This document shows, piece by piece, positions 19,271-28,265 of a stretch of 64,000 bases of DNA; position 1 is the stretch's first letter, and every line of letters starts with the position of its first letter. The notes under the pieces were generated by a model. It saw only the letters and a program-made list of their open reading frames with translations, did no database searches and was not told the origin of the DNA. A program made the position numbers and the translations under genes. Location: the NCBI GenBank assembly GCA_963828495.1, contig CAWHFJ010000013.1:135952-199951 (forward strand), given 5' to 3'. The DNA is from Candidatus Omnitrophota bacterium. GTDB taxonomy: Bacteria > Omnitrophota > Gorgyraeia > Zapsychrales > Fredricksoniimonadaceae.

Positions 19271-19298
19271 AAAACCTTCTGTGCGACGAGAAGGTTTA
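19263..19298. terminator. bidirectional rho-independent terminator
   Basis: 8-bp stem AACCTTCT/AGAAGGTT (19273-19280 / 19289-19296) with an 8-nt loop. On the minus strand it is followed by TTTTTATTTT, downstream of tRNA-Asp. On the plus strand it directly follows the stop at 19270. Confidence 0.65.
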
Positions 19299-19304
19299 AA
19301 TTAA

Positions 19305-19382
19305 TGGCGGGGTCGACGGGAGTTGAACTCGCGGTCTTCAGCGTGACAAGCTGATGTGTTAACCAGGCTACACCACGACCCC
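19305..19382 (-). tRNA. tRNA-Asp (GTC), CCA encoded
   Basis: Reverse complement is GGGGTCGTGGTGTAGCCTGGTTAACACATCAGCTTGTCACGCTGAAGACCGCGAGTTCAACTCCCGTCGACCCCGCCA. Acceptor stem GGGGTCG/CGACCCC, anticodon loop TTGTCAC, T-loop TTCAACT. One A-C mismatch in the T-stem. Confidence 0.85.
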
Positions 19383-19396
19383 GTATTTAGAGGGAT

Positions 19397-19425
19397 AGTC
19401 TAATGTCCGTTTAAAATTTTGTCAA
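19397..19425 (-). promoter_or_regulatory. sigma70-like promoter TTGACA-17-TAGACT for tRNA-Asp
   Basis: On the minus strand: TTGACA (19425-19420), a 17-nt spacer, and TAGACT (19402-19397). This sits about 15 nt upstream of the tRNA 5' end. Confidence 0.5.
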
Positions 19426-19511
19426 AGCAAAAAACTGGTGGGCCGATTTTCTAATATGAATATTAAGGTAACGGCTCATCTCTGTTATCATTTGTAAAAA
19501 AAGTAAAATTA

Positions 19512-19588
19512 TGGTGGGCAAGGAAGGACTTGAACCCTCAACCTTCTGAATGTAAATCAGATGCTCTAACCAGTTGAGCTACTTGCCC
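19512..19588 (-). tRNA. tRNA-Val (TAC), CCA encoded
   Basis: Reverse complement is GGGCAAGTAGCTCAACTGGTTAGAGCATCTGATTTACATTCAGAAGGTTGAGGGTTCAAGTCCTTCCTTGCCCACCA. Acceptor stem GGGCAAG/CTTGCCC, D-stem GCTC/GAGC, anticodon loop TTTACAT. It starts 1 nt after the permease stop. Confidence 0.9.
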
Positions 19589-20969
19589 TTAATTTTTCTT
19601 GTTCAGCCTACTATTAAACCGGCTGTAGGTAAAATAAATAATCAGGCCTATAACCAGCCAAATTAAAAGCCGCCACCAGGTTTCCTGTTCCAGCGAGGTC
19701 ATCATGGCCAGACATACCAGAATCCCTAAAAACGGAAACAGCGGAAAACAGGGGCAGCTGTACGCCCTTTTGAGCTTAGGCTGGGAATAACGTAACACCA
19801 TGACCCCGGCGCAGACAATGATAAAGGCCAACAAGCGTACCGATGGATGTCATATGCGCTAATTTGGAAATCGGGAAAACCCCGGCCAAGAAACTCACAA
19901 AAACCATGAACAGCAAATTGGACCGCCAGGGTGTGCGCCATTGGGGATGTATGTCGGAAAAAAGTTTGGGCAAAAGCCCGTCGCGCGACATGGCATAAAA
20001 GATCCGTGACTGGCCTAAAAGCATCACCAGAATCACCGATGTGAGTCCGGCGATGATCCCTAGATTGATCAAAACACGCAGCCAAGGATACGGCGTTAAA
20101 CTAATGGCTGTCACCACGGGTGCGGCATCCCCCCTCATCAATTTATAATTCAGCATGCCTGTCAGCACAAAGGAAAACAGGATATACAGCACCGTGCACA
20201 AGACCAACGAACCGATAATGCCCCGAGGAATATCTTTTTGCGGATGACGCGACTCTTGGGCCGCCGTCGAGACTGTATCAAAACCGATATAGGCAAAGAA
20301 GATGATCCCTGCCGCACGCATGATACCGCTTACCCCAAATTCCCCAAAGCTGCCGGTATTCGGCGGGATAAACGGCACGTAATTGCTATGTTTTATATAA
20401 TGAAACCCTACAACAATAAAAGTCAGCACGACCGCCAGCTTGATCACGACAATCACATCATTGACGCTGGCACTTTCCTTAATACCCAGCATCAACAAAA
20501 AAGAAATAATGGCAATGATCACCATCGCCGGTATATTGACCAGGCCATGCGCCTGACTGCCATCCGGCAGAGTAATGACGTCAAAAGGACAGGCCGCTAA
20601 TTGCGCGGGGATAGTCATACCAAAATCATGTAAAAAAGAACCCATATACCTTGACCAGCTCACCGCCACCATCGCCGCAGCCACCGCATATTCCAAAACT
20701 AAATCCCAGCCAATGATCCAGGCAATAAACTCACCCATGGTCGCATACGCATAGGTGTAGGCGCTGCCTGCCACCGGAATCATAGACGCCAGCTCGCTAT
20801 AGCACATCCCTGCAAAAGCGCAACCGACGGCCGCCACGACAAAAGAAAGCACTACCGCCGGCCCTGCGTTTTCCGAGGCGGCAATACCTGTCACAGAAAA
20901 CAGGCCGGCCCCGATAATAGCCCCTATGCCTAAGGACACTAAATTCAGTGCGCCCAGAGAGCGTTTCAA
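19589..20969 (-). pseudogene. APC-superfamily amino-acid permease, one frameshift as assembled
   Basis: ALNLVSLGIGAIIGAGLFSVTGIAASENAGPAVVLSFVVAAVGCAFAGMCYSELASMIPVAGSAYTYAY is typical of APC/CAT permeases. The last TM helices continue in another frame (track ORF 19589-19834), with the junction near 19830-19840. Confidence 0.8.
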
Positions 20970-21040
20970 TTTATATTCCCCGCCTTCGGCGGTTTCTATG
21001 AGATGGCTTATGGATTTTTTGACGAAGATGATTCATTATC

Positions 21041-21760
21041 TTATTTTTTCATGTCTTCTAAAATCTTTAGTGCGGCTGTGCGCGGCGACGGAGCTTGGAT
21101 AATGGGACGGCCTACCACCAAAAAATTGCTGCCTTGCGCAATGGCCATCGCAGGCGTGGCGACACGCTTCTGGTCGTCCATGGAGGCATCCAAGGCCGTA
21201 TGCCCGGAGTCACAATCAAAAAATCCTGGCCTAATTCCCGACGGATAGCGCCTGCTTCCTCAACGGATGCCACCACCCCGTCCAAACCGGATTCACGGGC
21301 CAGCCGGGCGCGCTCTAATACCGTCTTTTCTAAATTACCGTCCCGGGCCGTGCTGGTCAATACCGTGACCCCAACAATCAAGGGCCGGGGCACATTTAAA
21401 GCTTTGGCCTGGGTCTCTGCGGCCTTGACCGCGGCCTCAAGCATTTCTTTTCCTCCGACGGTGTGCACGGTCAACATAAACAATGGTGCCAAAATCGACA
21501 TCCCCATGGGGAGCAACACTTAAAGACACCGCACTCTTGACTGCGGAGGCCACGGTATTGGGGATATCATGAAATTTCAAATCCAAAAAAACTTTTTTCC
21601 CTTTGGCCTGCAGGTAACGGGTGATAAACGGGCCATACAAAGTGAACATCTGGCTGCCGACTTTAAAAATGTCCACCGTATCCTCCAATTCGTCGATCAG
21701 TTTGCGGGCCTGTTCAAAATTATCTACATCTAAAGCTAGAATTAATTGGGCTTTGTTCAT
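21041..21760 (-). pseudogene. pyrF: orotidine-5'-phosphate decarboxylase, two frameshifts as assembled
   Basis: LILALDVDNFEQA...FLDLKFHDIPNTV, then MLTVHTVGG...VGVTVLTS...LIVTPGIRP, then DDQKRVATPAMAIAQGSNFLVVGRPIIQA...MKK* are read in three different frames. Frame changes fall within about 21470-21520 and about 21190-21215. Confidence 0.85.
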
Positions 21761-22662
21761 ATTTTTAAACTTCCGATGATTTCATGGATATCATCTATTT
21801 TATTGTCTTTCATATAGGATTCAATGCCCTCCAAAACATCGATCGGCGCGCGGGGATTGATAAAATTGGCCGTGCCCACCGCCACCATCGTGGCCCCTGC
21901 AATAAGGAATTCCAAGGCATCCTGGGCATTCATGATCCCGCCCATGCCGATGACCGGAATTTTGACCTGGGAGGCTACCCGCTGCACCATATAAACAGCA
22001 ATGGGCCTGATCGCCGGGCCGGATAATCCGCCGGTCACATTACCGATGCGGCTTTTGCGTGTTTTGACATCAATGGCCATGGCTGTAAAAGTATTGACCA
22101 AACTCACCGCATCCGCGCCCCCCTCCTGGGCCGCTTGGGCAATTTGGGCGATGTCTGTCACATTGGGAGACAATTTGGCAATGATGGGAAATTTAGACAG
22201 CGCTTTCATTTTTTTGACTAACTGCATGGTGGCCTGCGCATCCTGGGCCACCAAAACTTTATGTTTCAGATTAGGGCAGGATAAATTCAATTCAACCGCC
22301 GCAATACCCGTCTGCGTGTTTAATTTTTCAATGATACCCACAAATTCTTCTTCGTCATTCCCCAAAATGCTGATGATCAAAGGCACCCCGATATTCTTTA
22401 AGGCCGGCAATTTGTTGGCGATAAAAGCGTCAATGCCGGGATTTTCAATACCAATGGCATTGATCATTCCCGACGGAGTTTCAAAAATCCGCACCGGCGG
22501 ATTGCCGACCTGGGGATGAAACGTCACGGTCTTAGGAACAATGGCCCCCAGCCTCTTGACTTCCTCAAGATTATAATAACGTTCGGCATGGCCAAAGGTG
22601 CCGGAAGCCACAGTCACAGGATTTTAAAAGACACTATTGCCTATTTTAACGGATATATTCAT
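21757..22662 (-). pseudogene. pyrD: dihydroorotate dehydrogenase catalytic subunit (class 1B), in-frame TAA near the N-terminus as assembled
   Basis: ASGTFG...ETPSGMINAIGIENPGIDAF...NLSCPN...GLSGPAIRPIA...IGMGGI. The upstream in-frame sequence ATG(22662)-MNISVKIGNSVF-TAA(22626-22624)-NPVTVASGTFG puts the stop where homologs have K (F-K-N-P). The ATG shares one base with the pyrK TGA. Confidence 0.85.
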
Positions 22663-23440
22663 CAGTGAAACATCACCTCATCTAAATTAAACGCCGGTCC
22701 GTCGTGACAAACAGTTTTATACCCATTTTTAGTTTCAATCGAACAGCCTTGACACGCCCCCAAGCCGCAAGCCATGATCCCTTCGCAAGCACACTTGGCC
22801 CAAAAGGCCATGCTTGGCCGCAAAAGCCTGCACGGCCTTTAACATGGGATTAGGCCCGCAGGTATAAATAAACGCGTGTCCTGCGGCGGTGTCAATCTTA
22901 TCAAACAAAACACTGACCCTGCCCTTGGCTCCGACTGAGCCGTCCTCCGTTGCCATATAAACCTTGACCCCGTTGTCTTTAAATTCCTTCATCGGGATAG
23001 ACATATTCCCGGCTTCGGGCACCATATAACAACAGTAATTCGCATTTTGTCTTTTTTAACACATCGGAAAGAATAAGCATAGGCGCCACACCAATGCCCC
23101 CTGCAATCATAACTACCTGCTTGGTGCCTTCAGGCGGACTGATAAAAGGCGTGCCTAAAGGCCCTAAAACATCAAGGCTATCATTCTTTTTCTTTAGGGA
23201 AAGTAGTTTGGTGCCCCGCCCCACCACCGCATAAAATATCTCCACGTATTTCTGGGCGCGGTAAACGCTAAAGGGGCGTCGGAAAAAAGGCTGCAGGCCT
23301 TCTTCGTCCGTGCGGATATGGACAAACTGGCCGGGCTTGACCCCGGCGGCGATCGCAGGGGCATCAAAAACCATGCGCCAATATTTCGGGCAAAGATTTT
23401 CGTTGACGAGAACTTTGTATTTATTTTGTATTTTTTCCAT
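22662..23440 (-). pseudogene. pyrK: dihydroorotate dehydrogenase electron-transfer subunit, at least two frameshifts as assembled
   Basis: FRRPFSV (FAD-binding RxFS-type motif), LGPLGTPF and MIAGGIGVAPM. The C-terminal Fe-S part ACGLGACQGCSIETKNGYKTVCHDGPAFNLDEVMFH* is read in a different frame. Junctions lie at about 22979-23025 and about 22790. Confidence 0.8.
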
Positions 23441-23447
23441 GGACTAG

Positions 23448-23488
23448 ATTCCCGCTTACGCGGGAATGACAATATTCTCGGGAATGAC
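23448..23488 (-). promoter_or_regulatory. perfect hairpin ATTCCCGC-TTAC-GCGGGAAT plus a 10-nt direct repeat immediately upstream of the pyrK start
   Basis: 8-bp stem at 23448-23467, ending 7 nt before ATG 23440. CGGGAATGAC occurs twice on the plus strand (23461-23470 and 23479-23488). No T-tract follows on the minus strand, so it is not a canonical terminator. Confidence 0.35.
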
Positions 23489-23499
23489 GAATGAGAGTC

Positions 23500-23531
23500 A
23501 GTATAACATTATTTCCGGCAGCGTGCACAAA
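23500..23531 (-). promoter_or_regulatory. possible promoter TTTGTG-19-TTATACT (extended -10 TGtTATACT) for pyrK-pyrD-pyrF
   Basis: Minus strand reads TTTGTGcacgctgccggaaataaTGtTATACT. The spacer is long, so confidence is low. Confidence 0.3.
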
Positions 23532-23543
23532 TATTCTAGAAGT

Positions 23544-24029
23544 TCAGGCCTGTTGCAGTTTTTTAATGATCGCTTTGATTTTCTCCCGGGCCTGGGCCAC
23601 ATTGCGGGCGGGGACCATGCCTTTCATCTTCCAGCCGCCTAAATCAATGACCGGACGTCCATACACTAACCCATAACAAATTTCAGAATTGGTGCCGAAA
23701 CTGCCGGGCAGGGCAACGATAATATCCGCTGAAGCAGCCACCATAGCGTTACGCGCATAGCCGATCGTCGTCGGCAGCGCAATATCAATATACGCATTAG
23801 CATCTATTTTATTCTTGCCGGGCAAAAGGCCGATGGTCAGGCCGCCGGCACTTTTGGCCCCCTTGGCCGCCGCTTCCATGGCGCCCCCTAATCCTCCGCA
23901 AACAAGGACACAATCTAATTGGGCAATCATTTGCCCGACGGCTTTGGCCAATGTCGAAACCTGGGGAGTGATGCTGCTGCCGCCGATCACAGAAATGGTG
24001 ATTTTTTGTTTGCGCATAATTACCCTCAA
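23544..24029 (-). CDS. LOG/TIGR00725-like Rossmann-fold protein
   Basis: ISVIGGSS...VCGGLGGAMEAAAKGAKSAGGLTIGLLPG...ALPGSFGTNSEI fits the LOG/lysine-decarboxylase-like family pattern. The start overlaps the glgX stop by 4 nt. Confidence 0.65.
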   Translation of the reverse strand: MRVIMRKQKITISVIGGSSITPQVSTLAKAVGQMIAQLDCVLVCGGLGGAMEAAAKGAKSAGGLTIGLLPGKNKIDANAYIDIALPTTIGYARNAMVAASADIIVALPGSFGTNSEICYGLVYGRPVIDLGGWKMKGMVPARNVAQAREKIKAIIKKLQQA

Positions 24030-26099
24030 GCCAAAAGTATGGCGCTCGATCTGGAGTTTAAGCGGTACGTTTGTTGATTTTCTAAACGGGGCGCTTCGCC
24101 AGATGTGTCAACGAAAACCCTCCAACGCCTCCCTCCAGGTGGGGATGGCAGGCGAAAATCGCCCGCATGGCTCGAGGCATTGAACATCAAAAAAAGCGCA
24201 TGCTCCTGCTCTTCATGGATCAAACAAGCCAACTGTTTTTCCCACGGTGACTCCAGTTAGGCGCCCCTCCTTGCGGGGCAAACCATTGGATTTCAGCGTC
24301 GGTATAAAATTGCGCTTGGCTTAGGACCGGATGTGCCCGACGAAAAGCGATCATGGCACGGGTGAAACTAAAAATGTCCTTGTGCTGTTTAAGACACCCC
24401 CAATCATACCAGCTTGTTTCGTTGTCCTGACAGTAGGCATTGTTATTACCCTTTTGCGTGCGGCGAAATTCATCTCCGCCCAACAGCATCGGCACCCCGC
24501 GTGCAATGAACAATGTCAGCAGAAAATTCTTGATCTGACGCTTCCTCATAGACTCGATGGCGAGGTCCGATGTCTGGCCTTCCGTACCGTAGTTATCGCT
24601 GAAATTTTCGTTTGCCCCGTCGTGATTATACTGCCCGTTAGCTTCATTATGCTTAGTACGGTAGCTCACCAGGTCATTTAACGTAAAACCATCGTGACAG
24701 GTAATGAAATTAATGCCATTCTGCGGACCTTTGCCCGAATGGGCAAAGATGTCGGCACTGCCGCAGATGCGGCTGGCCAATGTCCCCAGCATCCCCTCAT
24801 CCCCGCGCCAGAAACGCCGGACTTCATCGCGAAAACGGTCGTTCCACTCCACCCAGCGCCGGTCGGAAAAACTGCCCACCTGATACGCGCCGGCGGCATC
24901 CCACGGCTCAGCAATGATTTTGACATCTTTCAAAACAGTGGTCCTTGGCAATTTTCTCAAGAATAGGGGCATTCGCTAAAAGATTACCGTTGGTGTCCCG
25001 AGCGAGCGTCGAGGCTAAGTCAAAACGAAAACCATCCACATGCATGGCCAGTGCCCAATAACGCAACGCGGCCAATATATACTCCTGCGCCACGGGATGA
25101 TTGGCATTAAAGGTGTTGCCGCAACCGGTATAATTTTTATAAAAACGTTTGTCGTTTTCCAACATATAGAAAATCGTATTATCCATCCCGCGCCAAGACA
25201 GTGTGGGCCCCGGCTCATCTCCCTCCGCCGTGTGATTAAACACTACGTCTAAAATCACTTCGATCCCGGCTTTATGAAGACTCTCAACCATTTCCCTGAA
25301 TTCTTGGATTTGTTGGCCCAAACCTCCCGCACTGCTGTAGGAAGCTTTGGGGGCCGCGAAAACAATGGGATCATATCCCCAGTAATTATTGAGTGATTGG
25401 AGCGTCTGCGGATGAATCCGCCTGGACTGATGTTCATTAAACTCCTGCACAGGCAAGAGCTCAAGGGTCGTCACTCCCAGTTCTTTGAAATAAGGGATCT
25501 TTTCTATCAAGCCTCGATAGGTGCCGGGATATTTCACTTGGGAGTTAGCATTGATAGTAAGGCCTCGCACGTGTGTTTCATAAATAACTGTCTTGGACCA
25601 AGGGTGGCGGGGTAAGGTGTCCTTGCTCCAGTCAAAATGATCCTGAATAAATATACATTTGGGCATGCTTGCGGCATTGTCAACCGCCGAAGGGACTAAA
25701 TCTCCGTCGGGCACAGACGGATTGTATCCCAAAGGCCGGAATAAAATCCCAAATAGGCGGTTTTGCAATCGCCCTCGCTAAAGGATCGACCAGAAGCTTA
25801 TTGAAATTAAACCGCTGGCCCTCTGAGGGGTTATACGGGCCGTCCATACGACAGGCATACAACTGGCCATCCCTAATCCCCTTAATCCAGACGTGCCAAA
25901 CGTCCCCCGTGCGATTACGGACCGGGTCTAAATCAATGGCTTTTGCAGGCGTGGCGTCTTGGGGATGGTCAAACAACTCCAGCCGAACACGCGTGGCATG
26001 CCGGCTGAAGAACGCAAAGTTGACACCTCCCTCATGCCCATGAGCCCCCAAAGGCCACGGCCCACCCGCTTGAATATCACTCAGCTTTGGCTCTTTCAT
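24026..26099 (-). pseudogene. glgX: glycogen debranching enzyme (GH13, GlgX type), three frameshifts as assembled
   Basis: Four colinear fragments (track ORFs 25680-26099, 24908-25768, 24220-24972, 24026-24232). Motifs: PLGAHGHEGGVNFAFFS, YWGYDP, DVVFNHTAEG, GFRFDLAS, AEPWD, FITCHDGFTLNDLVSY. Confidence 0.85.
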
Positions 26100-26152
26100 A
26101 TGCCTAAAGTATATCTTATGTAGACTGAATTGTTAAATTAAATATTCTTATG

Positions 26153-26186
26153 AAAAAGCCCTGACAGGATTGCTCCCGTCAGGGCT
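26153..26186 (-). terminator. rho-independent terminator downstream of the 26216-30592 gene
   Basis: Minus strand reads AGCCCTGACGGGAGCAATCCTGTCAGGGCT followed by TTTTT. Confidence 0.7.
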
Positions 26187-26513
26187 TTAGCATTACAAAG
26201 GTGAAATTCTCGGACCTACTTCATCAACTCATACAGCGCCGGGACATTCTCCGGCGTTATCGGCGTAATCCTGCGAATAATGGACGTTAAGCCATTCAAA
26301 TTCAACATGGCCTTGTCTTGATACCGAGGCGGCAGAGGCATGCCTGCTCCGTCGACCTTGATATTAATGACCTGATGTTCATCACTTAAGTTGATACCAC
26401 CGAGGTCTTGGCATTTTGTGCTTGTTTAGCGCCGAAATCCTGGGCCTTTTGCTTGATGTTAGCTACATCTTGGGCAAGACCGTCAGCAACTCTTTTTTGT
26501 TCATCTTGCGCTG

Positions 26514-26918
26514 CCCGCAGCGCTGCTAAGCCGAAAGGACCATTATCTTCACCCGGCCTAACACCAAATCGACCATTATAGACCTCTCTTTGATCTGCAG
26601 CCTGCTTGGCCTTGGTTAACTGACCTTGCGCCTCTTCTAGGGCTTTGGCTTGTCCGGCCAGTTGAGCATTTAAATTCTCAAAAATGGTCGCTGCCGTTGT
26701 AGCTGCTGCAGATTGCAGCTTTTGGATCTGCGCGTTTAAGTCCTCTATATTTTGATTAATCTTAACTATCTCTTCCTTGATCCCGTCAAAAACTTTTTGC
26801 TTTTCAGCTTGCACAGCCCGTAGCGCTGCTAAGCCGAAAGGACCATTATCTTCACCCGGCCTAACACCAAATCGGCCATTATAGACCTCTCTTTGATCTG
26901 CAGCCTGCTTGGCCTTGG
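26514..26918 (-). repeat. intragenic direct repeat pair: two 102-nt copies offset by exactly 303 nt
   Basis: 26514-26615 versus 26817-26918 differ at 2 positions by my hand alignment. They encode ...AKQAADQREVYNGRFGVRPGEDNGPFGLAALRA... Confidence 0.85.
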
Positions 26919-27762
26919 CTAAATCCGTTTGCGCAGTTTCCAGGGCCTGGTTTTGTTTAACCAACTGAACCTGCGCATCCGCAAAGGCCTTGGTTTGTTT
27001 GGCCAATTGATCTTGCGCGTCAGCCAATTGCTTTTCTAAATCCGGCTGAACGGCAGGAGCCTCTTGCTCAGCAGCTGGGACTGCAGCTACGGCTTCTTTG
27101 GCTGCGGCTGCCAGGTTGGCGTCTTGTTGAACAGCAGCCGGCGTTTGAGCAGGTGCTGCGGCCTGAACAACCTCTGCAGGCTGATTCAACGCATCCAATA
27201 TCGCATTCACAAAAGCATCCTTAGCTTTTTTGAAGTTGGTTTCAGCGTCGCTTAATTTACTCATCCCATATGTCAAAGGATTGTTCCAAAATTCCTTAGT
27301 TATCCTGTCTAATTCCTTCTTGGCATTATTCATCGCCGTTTCCAAATCCTTGATTTGGGCATTTATAGCAACAGCTAACGCAGCCGCTCTAGCCAATGCT
27401 TTGTTGTAGGCTCTTCGAGCTAAATATAATTTAACTTTAGCTTTCACAGCACTTAAACCTTTAGCTTTGGCTGCTTCCTGCTGGGATTGCTCAAACTTAT
27501 TTACTGCGTTAACAAGCACCTCCCTGGCAGCAGCAGCTTTAGGATCTGCGGATTGGGCAGTCGGAGCTGGTGCTGGCGCGGGTGCCGGAGCTTGCACTGC
27601 TTCGGCAGCAGCTGCAGGCGTTCCCTGTACAGGCGGTTCAGTGACCACTGCAGCAGCTTGAGTCTCAGGCGTAACAACATCAGGTGCCGCCGCGACCACA
27701 GCCGGAGCTTCAACATTAGCTCCTGCTCCCACATCCCTCATCTTTTGTTCTGTATTAGCTAT

Positions 27763-28265
27763 ATCCTGGGTAAGCCCATCAACAATTTTTTGTTGTTCAT
27801 CCTGCGCTGCCCGTAATGCTGCTAAGCCGAAAGGACCGTTATCTTCACCCGGCTTAACACCCTGTAGACCATTAGCGGCTTCCCTTTTATCCGCAGCATC
27901 CTTGGCCTTGGCTAATGCTGTCCGTGCATCTCTCAGAGCGTTGGTCTGCTGTTCTAACTGAGCATTTAAACCGGCAAGAGCAGCTTCTTTAGCCGCTGCA
28001 GCTTCTGCTCTCATTTTTTCGATCCGGCCATTTAGTTCGTCTCTCTTTTGTGTTGTCTTAGCGACATCCTGGACAAGCCCCTCAACAATTTTTTGTTGTT
28101 CATCCTGCGCTGCCCGTAATGCTGCTAAGCCGAAAGGACCATTATCTTCGCCTGGCTTAACACCCTGTAGACCATTAGCGGCTTCCCTTTTATCCGCAGC
28201 ATCCTTGGCCTTGGCTAATGCTGTCCGTGCATCTTCCAGAGCCTTGGCCTGCTGTTCTAACTGAG
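27763..28265 (-). repeat. intragenic direct repeat pair: two ~200-nt copies offset by exactly 303 nt
   Basis: 27763-27962 versus 28066-28265 show about 10 mismatches in 200 nt by hand alignment. They encode ...LAKAKDAADKREAANGLQGVKPGEDNGPFGLAALRAAQDEQQKIV... All four copies share the core gctgctaagccgaaaggacc. Confidence 0.85.

Noticed and set aside
22624-22626. The TAA in pyrD as evidence for stop-codon reassignment.
   Set aside because: This is a single instance. TAA is used as a genuine terminator by many well-delimited genes in the window (glmS, gene B, pyrF, the PMT_2-like paralog). The local T4A4 context fits a homopolymer miscount.
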